This document shows, one piece after another, positions 14,168 to 26,500 of a stretch of 64,000 nt of DNA. The stretch lies in assembly GCA_030704615.1 (NCBI GenBank), contig CM060732.1, positions 12,152,001 to 12,216,000 on the forward strand, given 5' to 3'. A program made the position numbers and the translations under genes. The notes beneath the pieces are model-generated. The model saw nothing but the letters and a program-made list of their open reading frames with translations, searched no databases and was not told the origin of the DNA. Position 1 is the stretch's first letter. Each line of letters starts with the position of its first letter. The stretch comes from Takakia lepidozioides (lineage: Eukaryota > Plantae > Bryophyta).

Positions 14168-14179
14168 GCTCTGATACCA
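14168..14179 (-). promoter_or_regulatory. Primer binding site, tRNA-iMet 3' end
   Basis: TGGTATCAGAGC lies 2 nt inside the 5' LTR boundary. Confidence 0.92.
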
Positions 14180-14181
14180 CT

Positions 14182-14847
14182 TGAAAAGGATCTGACTCTC
14201 TTTCCTCAGTCCAACTACAGAACAAATTCAGGCCCTTTTCTTATCTTGCCGTTCATAGGGAATCTATCAGGATCCCAAGAAAATTGCTTGCTTGAATCAA
14301 CGCCAATACAGACTCATGTGACCATTTTCTTTTATTCCAGTCACTGTTCATTGACTCATATCGTAATAGAGATCACCCCACTCCACGATCGTTCACCCCT
14401 GTTCTTCACGAAAGCATATTCACAAGTCTTAAAGCGAACCTTTCTTGTTCCAAGCTATTCACAGGGTTTACACCATCACTCTATACAAAAGAGAAATCAC
14501 AGTCCCTGCCGCTGCAAGGCATCAAAGCCAGTGACGTCTATTCCAACATCAGCCTACACTCTAAAAGCACAACACCGGCTATAGCCTCCGGTCCACCCAG
14601 CCACCACGACATGGTACACACATATTTCCTGTCAATGCAGATCTGCTCTAGACGCCTGTACGCCATCATCCTTTCTTCAACCATCTTGCCATCTCCACGC
14701 ACACAACATTCAATCCCTAGTTCTGGATCTCTTCATGCACTCGAGCCTGCTCCATTTTACCTGCAACTGTCAGTTCGGCGATATTCTAGCAGTCTCTTGT
14801 TATTCCAAACTGGTTGACAGGTCGATCTTCGTTCCTAGCACCTAACA
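14182..14847 (-). repeat. 5' LTR of the chromovirus
   Basis: On the minus strand it is followed by the PBS TGGTATCAGAGC (14168-14179). Confidence 0.95.
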
Positions 14848-17693
14848 GTGGCCTCTCAATGTCTTTGCTAGTGAGACAGGAGTGTATGTGAGTTCAGTGA
14901 GCCGTCTGGAAAGGGCAGGGCATCGGAGACTCGGAAAGGAGAACGGACATTGTGAGAGAGATGATTGCTGAAGATTAAAATATAAATTGCCGGGTGGTGA
15001 TGTACTAGAGTTCAGGGAAATTAAAACAAAGGCTGCTTGGTGTTGTTAAGGTCGGAACAATCGAAGCAAAAGGCAAGGGTTACGCTGGCAGGGGAGCTAC
15101 CTGCTTTTAGACCATTTCATCTGAGAGTTCAAGGTCGATTGAAATCTTGAAAATAATAACACTCCCGTTGTTCTTTCACCTGTAAACGCCCCTCAGTTTG
15201 TTGGACGCTATGAACTATCAATGGCATCAGTGATCGGTGGACGGTGAATGAATGAATGAGTCACAGTCAAAGGTGGAGTAGGAGCGTTGGGGTGAATCCT
15301 GGATGCTAAGTAGTTGGTCCTTACTTGGTTCTCGCAGTATGCCTAAGTAAGAATTTGAGAGACTGATAAAAGACAGGCCGTTAGACTGCGACCTTGCAAA
15401 AATTTAGCATCTTTATTACCTACGTTCCCCTCTCTGGAAGGCACCGGCGGGAGCAGAGACATCTGAGCACTACCCAATTCCAAACTCAGAATCACTGAAT
15501 GTCCATTGAAGGCACGGAGGCCAAATCCGCTGAGAAGCAAGGAGAAAACAACCTTGCGGAATGCCACAAGACTAAATCATCGCATCGCTGAAGTGCCTTC
15601 GTCTTGCTCATTTCCTGGTAAAGAACCTGCCGGCTGATCTCAATCACCACACAACAAGAAATTACACCGATCCGTAGGATTCCAACATACCGTGCAGCGA
15701 TTTGATAAATCTCCAGGGTCGTACGCCATGAATCTTTCAGTTTCCACACCTAACCTCGCGTAAAAGGATCCAACATTGTAATTAGCCCGTAATAGGTGCG
15801 GTGTCAGCTTCATCTACGCAGCAGAAGCAGGCCGTCGTCTCGCTCGCTCACATGGCCCACCGCGCTGTGCATTCAACTAACTTATTACTCCGCATCGCCA
15901 TACGCAGCCTCACCACTCACGCGCCCATGACCGCTCAAATCTTTTCATAAGCCGTCAGATCGTTTTCAAATTCGTTTGAGATGGATCATGGACAGTACAT
16001 ATGTAGGCGCTTCCACCAAGGTGATCCTAGGTTCAATTCAACCCTTCAACTGGTGCCTTCTCCCAAAAGGTTGGATTTGATAAGTCTTTTTGACGAGTAT
16101 TACATCGTAGCGTTTTTCCCCATGTGCGAGCGCGCGCGCGTACAGTGACGATCCTATTGGATGAATGAGACTTACGATGACAGATACTATTAGATGAACG
16201 TCCTTTGTGCACCACAGAAGCTGCATCCGTGTGGATGACGGATGCCAGTGGATGAATGCGTAATATCAGGTGGAGGATGATCCCTCTTCTCTAGCATGGA
16301 TGACAATGTCGCCGGACGAACGTGGTAGGATGAGCGCCACTCACGGATGACAGAAGCCATCGGATGAACCTCGTTCGCGCACGACAAAAGCTGCGGCTGT
16401 AACGGAATTGTGCCGATACTTACGGGAGCGTCAGAATCGTTTTCAAACGGGCTGTGAATCCCCACGCGGCCTCGTCTTCTTTACTGTAGCCCCGCTTTCG
16501 GTGCCGCCTCGATCATGCCCCACCTCACGCTCTTCTTTACGGATCGCTTGCTGCGAGGCCACGGGGTTTGATTTTGGAGGGGCAAGAGAGGTGGCCTGAT
16601 TTGCGTGGAGACTCTGATCATCCAATTGCTTGTTTTGTGATCCGGAGGGGAGATGGCAGAAAGGTGGGAGTAGAATTGGTGTTGGCCGACTTTTGTATCT
16701 TTCTGATGAGGTCTCGATCTTGAGGCGCCACCTTAAGAGTGTTGACGCAAAGCTGGAGGACACTCGCTTTTGATTTGCATCTTCCTTTGTTTTGCGTGGG
16801 GAGTGCATCCGCCTTGTAGACTATTCACAGATGGGGCTGCATTTTCGTAAGGAGGGGTAAGAGCGGAATGTGGCAGTAGGTTTGAGCGGGCGTGGATGGA
16901 TTCTCTTGCATCTAGTCTTTGCAGAAGACATCTCGATCAGCTGTGGGGGTTTGGATTTCGGGGGGCTGGTCGAAGTGTGAGAGACGTGTGTGTGGGGCTT
17001 CTGGACGCCAATCTGACAAGGCGTTAGTAAAGTTGAGTGTGGGCATTGTCACATAGACGTGAATGGTGGATGAGAGGTCGCTGCGCACCGCTCTGTTCTC
17101 AGATTTACTGTAAGCCACCAGCTGCAGTGCAGGGTACAGGATCGTAGATTGCCGGATGACACAGGATCAAAGAAGGACTGCTTTCTGACTAGTCACTGGA
17201 ATGCATTTGAACCAAGACAGGTATGCAATTATGTAAATTCCAGTGACCATCCATGGCCTTTGCACAAGAACTGGAAAGTTACAAAGCTGAAAGCGTGAAT
17301 CTCAGTTAAGGAGCTCTTGAAGGTCTTCCACACTGCATTCTCCAGTCGTACCTACAATTGACTGAAATTCTGTGAGGGGATAATGGCCCTCGCGGCGCCA
17401 TCACTGCCAGCTTGCTCCCGCAGCCCACGAAGGGGGTAGTTCATTCCTGTAATTTTCGGCTCACCCTGTAACCAATGTTTATGCATGTCTAGAATATTGA
17501 CACCCGTATGCAATTTTATGTGACTTTGGCGCCGTGTCAAGCTTGGAATATTGTGCGTCGTAAACAAGATTCGAACACTTGGGTACACTTTTTCTGCGTG
17601 TGTATAACGATCAGAGGTGCTCGCGTTTCACATTTTTTTTCAGGTCAGCAATCAAGCTCAAATTAGTCAGGGGGCTCATTCTCTGAGAGAGAT

Positions 17694-20600
17694 ATGGCTG
17701 TATCTGCATTTAGATCTACAACACGTAGGCAGTGCGATATACGGGGGGTGGAGGAAGGCCCAGCAACCCCTCGCTCCCGGTCTACCACCCCCACCAGGCG
17801 GAGTGGGCAACCATTAACACCCCGTTCCCGGCCAAGCTCTCCCACCAGGCGATCCGGTGCGCCATCAACGCCTCGGTCCAGGCCTACCACTCCCAGCAGG
17901 CAGCCCACGAACTCTGGCGAGCGTGGGTTTAGGAGGACGAGGAGCTCTGCCGACCTGTCTTCTCAGTACTTTTCAGATTCTTCCACGGCCACAGGTGATT
18001 TCCTGCGAAAGAGCCATGGCAGTGGAGGATTAAGGACTCGGTCACGCCAACTTCCTAGTGATTCTGAGGTGAGCTGTGATCTCTTACATATCTGCTCATC
18101 AGTTTGAGAGAGTTCGCAGAGAATAGTGGAGGGCTCCTGCTGATTGGTATTCGGCTTTCATGGATTACTACTGACACCTGCTCATGGAACGCTGGAATTG
18201 CATTCATTGCTTGGAGTAGCTCTGGAATAGTTATCATGTCTGTTGTCACCAAAGCTCTTTGGTGAGCATTGCCTTATCATCACGTTTCCCAATTGTCACA
18301 ACGTTCTGGCAGGCCAAAACATACATAGCATTCTACAAGAAGAATGTAAAGGTCAGTCAAGGAAGGGTGAAACTTTAGGTGAATCTGAGACATCCATAAG
18401 TGCCTTGACTGGTTTTGCTTGGTTTAGGCTAGGAAGCTTCCCCTCACTGGACATGGTGGGAGCTGTATAGCACAGAACAATTCTTTAGCTGATGGGATGG
18501 GGGACTCTTGAAGTCGCTCTCTGGAAAATTTTGGCAATGGTTCCTTGTCATTTTGGTACTACGCATGTGTGTCATGGAATACAGGTGTTTTTGGGTCATA
18601 AAAAAGAATTGGCTCAATTGTCAAAGGCTTGGTGACTCCCTGGCAGCAAAAAGTCCTGGCTGTTCAGGGAGCTCAGTAACAGTATTCTCTGCTCACTGAA
18701 GCCCTTTTGCTATGTCATTTGACATGAACCATTTCTTCACTCTAGGGCGAAGGGGAGCCTAAGTACCTCCGCCAACATGAGAGGATCAAGCACGACGGTT
18801 TTCATCATGATGGGACTCAAAGTGCGAGAGATTCTCAGCACAGCAATGGCAATTCCTCGTCTCGGCAGCCAGTTGGTGGTTTAAGACGGTCTGCAAGCCA
18901 GCTGGACCTTTCTGATGCCGCTAAAGATGTGTACTGTCCATCTTATCGCCAACCGATTGGTGGATTAAGACGATCTGCAAGCCAGCTGGAGCTTTCTGAT
19001 GCTGCCAACGATGTTTACTACGTACGATGTGGTGCCCTCACTTTCAGTTCTTCTCATGTGTATGTACATTAGTTTTTGTACTCCTGTGCCTTCATGCTTA
19101 TTGAGTTTGGCCTGCTTCCACTTGGTATAATGTGGTTGGCGTGGGTTCTGAAAACTGATAATGTGAGAATCCAAAGCTAGATGTGCTTGGCATCTTTTGT
19201 CGAATGGATGATACATTACTTATGCAAGAAAGTTCTAGGTTCCCTTGGTGTATGAAACCATATGAGCACAATGTCTTTGTTCAGAGGCGTGGAAAGCCTG
19301 CCAGTGATGTCCGCCGGTCAAGAGATGATAGGGAGGGGCAGGTTGAAGAGAAGACAATCCGAGCTGTGCACACCCAAACAAAGGTTCAAACCCTTTGTTA
19401 TAACTGCCTGTATGACGTTTCTTCTTCTGAAGTTCCATCTGGTTTTGTTCCAACAAGGGGCCTCAGGCCTAAGGTACGACTGCAAAACTTCTTTTAATAC
19501 AGCTATCCAAGTGAACTATTTCCATGATCAAGTGTTCAGTTTCCTTGGACCTACCATTCGAAAGGCCTTTGATGCATTCTTTGATACAATGACTTTCCTA
19601 GTGAGCTCATTACTGGGTGATATCTTGACCCTGCACTCTGTAGGATGCAGTTGCAGGAAGTTCTAGAGATTTTACTCCACCCCGTGGTTGGTCTATAGTC
19701 ATCAAACCTGTACCAATGATTATTTTAAGTAGCCAAATAAATTGTTGCGGCTCCAGGGAAATACAATGGAGCCACAAGGAGAGTTGGATGCCATCAGTAT
19801 GTATGATGCAATGCGTGCAGAAGTCCGGCGAGCTGTAGTTGAGGCCCGCAATGAGCTAGAACAGGTGAGGGGCTTATATTGGGTGGGTGATTCATGGTTT
19901 GATCAAACATTGCTCACAACATCTACTTGCTCAAAGATGTAGGGGAAACATCTCATTCCAAATTCTGTTTTTGAAAATAGAAAGCATCTACTGTTGCTTC
20001 GAGTGATAAATCAGATAGGATGTTTTGTAAAGGATGGTGGATTCTTTGTACGCCTCCTTGACCTGGTGCAGTTGTGGGATTCTCATTCAACTGCAAACCA
20101 AATATCATGGGCAATTTCCTGCTGTGAATAACTCAAGATTTTTTTGTTCCTCTGGTTGATCAGTCTTTGTGTAAAGACGTATCATCATCAACTGTGGCTC
20201 GAAGCCTTTCAGGAAAAGATTCCAGGAGTATATCAGGGTTGAGGCTCGACAATGGATATCAACCTACATTCGCTGATATCCAGGAGTATGCAGCCAAGCT
20301 TGAGCAGGTCTGTTGATCTCCTTTCTCTTGAAGCTTGGTGAATAAAGAAGAATTAAAAAAGGTATTTGTGTGCAAAAGAGCAAATGCTTGACTTCGGCCA
20401 TGCTCATTATAGTGTTGGACCCTGTAGCCTTGTTGTCATGCATATCTCTGCCGAGTTTTTAACTCATTAATGTTGGGCAGATCATGCTTGGAAAGCTTTT
20501 CATTACTTCACTTATCTCTCTTTAGTGGGTGACTCTTTAAATTCCTATCAAGGGTTTTTCCCCCTGTATTTTTAAATCACTTCTTTTGTAGTGCACCAAG

Positions 20601-22960
20601 CCCCTCAAAGTGCACTTTTCAGAACCAGAAATGTGTATCATGTGATTTTTGGGCAGCCTGGTGGGTGACGTGTGCTGTGATTTCTACCCTTGCTTTGTTC
20701 CTGTGCAAGATGAAGGATATTCAATAATAGGATGTCTATGTGATTCTTTGTGCAGTCTGAAAGAAAAGCTCAGGAACTCTGGTCACAGCTAGCAGTGGAA
20801 GAGCAACGGTGCCTTGATCTTGTCAAATTTGTCAAGGAGTTGATACCTGCCCAACAAGACAGCTCGAACATCCACCAGAATTCCCCTTCAAAAATGAGGG
20901 TAAGTTCCATCATAAGTTTTCTCGTCTGCTACAGCTTAGGACACCCCAGTCAAGCTTAGGCAACAGTATCAATGTTGCAGAAACAGGGTAAGTGTAAGAT
21001 GCGGGTGCAGGTGTTGTTTGGTGGTACAGTGGGTAGGAGCTTGCAAGTGCTTTCTTCCCATGAAGGGGTGCTGTAGAAGCACCTCTTTTATGCCAATACC
21101 TGATTTTTAGAGGAGAAATTCATCAGTTTTGGTCAATCTGTCTATGGTTGTTACTGAGAGCTACTAGGCATTACATGTGTGTTGCCTGGATCTCCAGATT
21201 GCCCAAATTACCTCGCATTAGGAGGTTTCTTGAGGTCCAAACGTCCCCCCAACTTAAAACCAGTCTAATTTCTGTGATAGAAATTCAGTGTTCTGGGCAT
21301 TAGGCTATTCATTGAAGATCATTGTGAGGATTACTATCCATTGCGTTTGTACCTGGATAGCCATAGTGCTGAAATTGTCTGGTGGCAGCAGGTTGTTTGA
21401 TGAGTCACCCAGGAAGTCAGATACACTGTGCAAATTAGATAAAAGCATTGAGATGTAATGTGAGAGTTACCATGATCCATTCAGGAACAATCTCTTCAAA
21501 AGCAAAGTTCTTGTTAGCTATTTCGCAGAATTGAGTTCTTGGGACATAGTGGTTTGATAAATGCACCTAATGTGAAACCCAATCTTAACAGGAGTGCCCA
21601 ATTAACCTTGGAGAAAAGGCAGGCTGGCAGAAACTTCAAATAAACAGACTGGCACATTTATGTTCTTGAAAACAAGTGTACAAAGTGTTCTGGCATTAGC
21701 GCTCAGAAATTGACTGGTTGAAGGTTGTGTTAACCGCAGGATTCCTGCTCAGACAAGGACATGATGAGGGAGTCACTGGATGAGGAAGCACAACGCTACT
21801 TCGAAGAGTGTGTTTCCATTGCAAAATTGGATTTGGCTGGAATGGATGACCCTTTTCTGTTGGCAGAAAAGAAAATTCCGTCAATGGAGAATGATGAGCC
21901 ATTTGCCTGGCCCGTCGAAACAGACTCTGACTCTGTACTTTATAATGAAGATGTCCGAGGGTCCATTCCGGAGCCAGAGCCTCTGAGGAAATCTAGTAAC
22001 ATGGATATTAACAGCCAAGCTTTGGACTCTGGAAACGTACCTGGTAAGTCGAAAGATTGTGCCCCACTTGGTGACGAGGGCATGCTTCTCCCTTGGCTTG
22101 ACTGGGAGCCTGAAGTCGACCTTCTTAATCGCAAAGAGAAAGAGAAAAAAGTAAGTTCTCATGTGTGATGTCATTTTACTGATGTCTTTTTCATGTAGAG
22201 AAGTAGTGAAGAGTGAAATTCCAGGTATAAAAAACTAGTTGCCACATAGTACATCTTAAGTCTAAAACTGTCAGTATGTGCTACTGAGTCTCCGCCAAGT
22301 GAGCTCAAAGTTCTGGTTGGCTACTGATCCTTTGCCAGGTTCAGTGTTGGCTAGATCCCACAATAAGTCCAAGTCATAGAGAGCTGTTAGTAATTCCTGT
22401 GAACAGGCTAGGTTTTGCGTTAAGGAGTGTGCAGTCACGACAGTTTTCTGACAGGTTTGCTTTCACAGGGCTGAATGGTAGCATTAACCAGGTTTGCTAT
22501 AAACCTGGTTAGTGATACCATTTAGCCCCCTTGACAGCCACCCCGTCAGAAAAATGTCATAACTGAACCCTTTGAATGCCAGATCTAGCCTGTTCACGGG
22601 GAGTACTAACGGGTATCCATGGCTCTTATCAATCTGACTTTACCGTGGATGTTGAGGGCCTTGAATCATAGTAGTGACCTTCACAGTGGATGAGTAACTC
22701 CTTAGTTTAGCTCCATCAGAGAATGAGCCTTTTCCTGAATGTATGTTTGCCTACCAATGGGTTTGCCACAGGGGGAGGTCTATTTCAGGGAGACTAAAAA
22801 AGCTTGGGCACGCAAGTCAGCCGAATGGGTCAGGAGTTTGAAGCGAGAAAGAGGGAGGGATGAGGGTACTGTCAATGTTGACGAATTTCTGTTTGAGAGG
22901 GTTCGGCTGTCCTCCCGGATCACACGTGGGAGACTTCTGCTCTGTGGGGGAAAACGGTGA
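17694..22960 (+). CDS. Conserved uncharacterised land-plant coiled-coil protein. Predicted exons 17694-18068, 18746-19021, 19285-19383, 19757-19864, 20164-20307, 20756-20899, 21740-22150, 22772-22960
   Basis: All introns are GT-AG and phase 0, and they join an open frame. Motifs recalled from this plant family: N-terminal MAVSAFRSTTRR, EEKTIRAV, YDAMRAEVRRAV..ELEQ, YAAKLEQSE..LAVEEQR, EEAQRYFEEC, LLPWLDWE, and C-terminal FLFERV...GRLLLC. Extra small exons cannot be excluded. Confidence 0.85.
22386..22610. repeat. Long foldback inverted repeat in the last intron (centre 22498)
   Basis: Centre taaccaggttt-gctat-aaacctggtta; outer arms gttagtaattcctgtgaacaggctag / ctagcctgttcacggggagtactaac. 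Confidence 0.85.
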
Positions 22961-23599
22961 TTGAAGCCTTGGCTTGGCTCCAGTTCTTGAGATGAACAAG
23001 GTTCCCCATTCCTTGGAATGGTGCAAGTTCAGGTAGAAAGTTGTTGGGTTCCTCCTGGGTTTCAAATATGTGGAGGGTTATGTTACTCCACACTTTAAAA
23101 GAAGAGAAAAGAGAGAATACACTTAATACTTAATAGACTTCACTTGCTGAAGCCTTGTGGCTAAAAACCCCTGTGCTTGGTTTACGAAACAAAATTAGTA
23201 AGAAATGAGCTTGAGAGAAAGAGGGAGAGAATGTATTCATCAGACAAGAAAGAGGGAGAGAGCAAGAGAGAGAGGAGGGGGGATTCTCTTAGAGAATGGA
23301 TGCTATTGCAGTAGTTGCAGTAGTTTGGGCGACACAGAATACTTTGAAAACAGATTAGATTCTGTGATGGCTAGTTATTTTACGTTAATACAGAGGAAAT
23401 GGGTACACTGCAGAATTACTGATATTTTACTTCCAGTAGAGGCAACTTTTATTGTATTACTAGAGGAAACGTTTGGCTTGCTCAGCAAATGTAATGTATT
23501 GTGTCATTACAATAAGGGTTTGTCAGTGTCTATCCTACTGGTGACATGCATAGGAACATATTTGTTTTATTTTTCCTTCTACTTCGATTTGTTTTTAAA

Positions 23600-26500
23600 A
23601 TAAATAAATAAAAGAGGGACTGAGGCCTCAACAAACTTTATAGCAGAGGACAAAAGTCCAGAAATACATCAAAGGAGATTGGTGGAAAAAATAACCACCA
23701 CTGAGACCGCGGAGGCTTACGGAGGGGAAACAACCCCGAACCAAGCTACAATACCAGAATGAAAAACAGGGGAAACTACCCCAAGAGCAGGAAGCTAAGA
23801 GAGGTGCCAAGAGATCTTAAAGACTAAGCAGGAGAGTGATCTGAGGGGAGGGGGAGATGAGGGGGGGGGTGAGAGTGAGAAAGGGAGAGCAGGGAAAAAG
23901 AGATAGTGAACAAAAGCGAAGGGACCATTGCTGGAGATCTGATCCCTACGCAGCAGGGATCAGATGAAAGACTAAGACAGTTTCTGCAGAATAGCACCAG
24001 TAGGGAAGCTGAAAAAGAATCGCGTCCTCGGAGGTAAGAGATCAGGTCCAGCTCCAGAGCACAGGAAAAAACCACAACCCCAAGGTAAGAGAGCATTCTT
24101 AAATCAGAATTTGAGCTGCATCTTGAGCTTCTGGTCTCTTGCTCGCTTGTGTTTGAAGTCAGTGTCTTCCACTTCCATTGGGGACTTCCCCTTGCGCGGG
24201 GATGGAGTGAAGCAGGCCGCTCTTGCCCCAGGAGACATCGAAGTCTTTGAGCAATTGCTTCCCACGATGTTCCGAAGCTCGGGGAAGAGCTGCACAAACA
24301 GTGAGCCAAGCCTTCTTCCCCTCAGTTAACAGATCAAAAAAGATGTTGTACAACACTGATCTGGTACTGGGGGGTCTACCCTCATAGACCCACGAGCATC
24401 TTGCTTTCCATAAATTCCATAAGGCGTGGGCTCTCAAACATGACCAGACATGGCAGTTAATGAAAGCAGATCCCTGCATAAAGTTGAGCAAGGGGAATGT
24501 GGGGGGGGAGAAGAAGGCAACGATTGCCAGTTAGCATACAGTTGAAGGACCTTTACCCAGATGTCCCTAGGGCCAGGGCATAGATACAAACATTGCTCCA
24601 GAGATTCTGGCTGATTAAGACAAATGGGGCAGAGGGGGTCATCACTATCAGTGAACTGTTTAACCGGTAGGATTCTGTGCCCAATTTTCCAGAGGAGCGC
24701 GGAGATCTTGGCTGCCCTGTCTTTTCTCCATATGTGTTTCCAGATTATTTTCCAGTTTCCCTCACCTTGAATAGATTGTACTCATAAGACGTTGTTTGCC
24801 GTAGCCTTGTGGCCATTGACCCCGCGCCCAGTTTGAGCGGGAACAAAAGGGACGGAACCTACCTCTGTCAGGGGCTGACGTTGGTAGTAAGACTTACCTC
24901 CATATAAAGAATTATTCCGGGTTTTCCAGATATCCTCTAGAAATCCCTTCACACAAGCATCAATCTGCTGTGTGTGATTTGCCCAAAAACTAGGCCTCAG
25001 GAGGGCCTGGGCTTTTGGTTCAGCCTCGAGACTTTCAAAGTTGGTAAACATGGGTACAGGCACAATTCCCTTAATAGATTTGAAGAGAGCGTCTCTTTGG
25101 TGAGAGAACCCCGGACAGTGTATCAGAAAATGAATACTGTCTTCAGATTGCCCACACAACGGGCAATTGCACTCTCCCTTTCCTCTCTGCTTCTGTTTGC
25201 TGTTCAAAGGTAGGCTTCCTGCCATGAGTTTAAATTTCAGTCTAGTGCCGAGAGTGGGTAGACCCTTGAGGTCATCCAAGATGTCCTCCCCCATGTCACA
25301 GACTGGAAACAAGTTCAGGGAAGTTTTCTGCCTAACTTCATTTTCATCAGACAATCTCATGGCAACAGACATGGTTGAGGACACTACAGCCTCTAAGTCA
25401 GATTTATCCAGCAGGGTCAAGACTTGCGGATCCAGGTCCAGGTCCTTGAGGATCTCTTCTACTCTCTTCTGCCAGGACTTAGCCTGTTTGACAGGGCGGT
25501 CCTGTTTCCAAGATATAGAGTCGATTAATTTAGGATATCTGGTGTTGGGCATATGTTGCAGCTGACCCCACCATCTGACCTTGAATTCATCTTGTCGGGA
25601 GCTTAAGGACGGAATGCCAAACTCACCCCGAACAGCCACATTGGCTGTTTTGGAGCATGCTGACATACACTCCTTAAGCACCCCCACTTGAATGGATTCT
25701 AGAGACTTAGCCTGGTTGGAGTTATCAACCCATATAGCAGATCCGTACTCCAAGGCAGGTCTAATAACGCGACAAAGCATGGTTTTCTTAACCTCAGAGT
25801 TGACCCCTCTGCAGTGGAAAAATTTAGTGAGCCCCAGAGCTTTGCCCTTGCCAGTTTGAACAACTTTCCGGATATGTGCATCCCAATTACAATTGGAGGA
25901 GAACTCAAGGCCCAGGTAAGTGTAGGAAGGGAGGACCGGGATCTCTTGGCTACCCCACTGCCACTTAAGATCACTTCCTCCCTCTCCTCTGTTGTTGAAT
26001 GCTACCACTGCACATTTGCTGACATTAGCCTCTAGCCCCAAAGATCAAAGTATCTCTTCGCGCAATCAATCAACTCCTGGAGATTGGTTGGAGTCTCCCC
26101 TATGCCTGCGAAGTCATCCGCAAACATAAGGGCTGGTATGGTGGTATCACCCACCCTTAACCCAAATCCCTCACTTTCCACATCCTCGAGGAGTTGATTG
26201 ATGAAAACATTGAAGAGCAGAGGGGAGAGAGTACATCCTTGAGCTACACCTTGGTCTATGTCAAAGAAGTTGGACTTCTGTCCGTTAACAGTGACACAGC
26301 TTTTGGTGTGAGCATACAAGTTGTGGACAACTCTCCACATCTTTCCCTTGATCCCACAAGACCAGAGGCGGAACCATAGGCCATCTCTCCACACTGTGTC
26401 ATAAGCCTTTTTAACATCCAGGAAAAAGACATAAGTGGGTTTCCCTTCTTTTTTCCTTCCCTGGATAATCTGGCTTAGAGTGAAGATATGATCCACACAG

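Larger units (their letters stand above)
8940..14847 (-). mobile_element. Full-length Ty3/gypsy chromovirus LTR retrotransposon, disabled
   Basis: TG...CA LTRs at 8940-9602 and 14182-14847; 5 bp TSD GTGGC at 8935-8939 and 14848-14852; tRNA-iMet PBS; PPT; domain order gag-PR-RT-RH-INT-chromo. Confidence 0.97.

Noticed and set aside
15343-16808. Short minus-strand ORFs upstream of the host gene
   Set aside because: No recognisable motifs or consistent splice structure; probably promoter/5' UTR.
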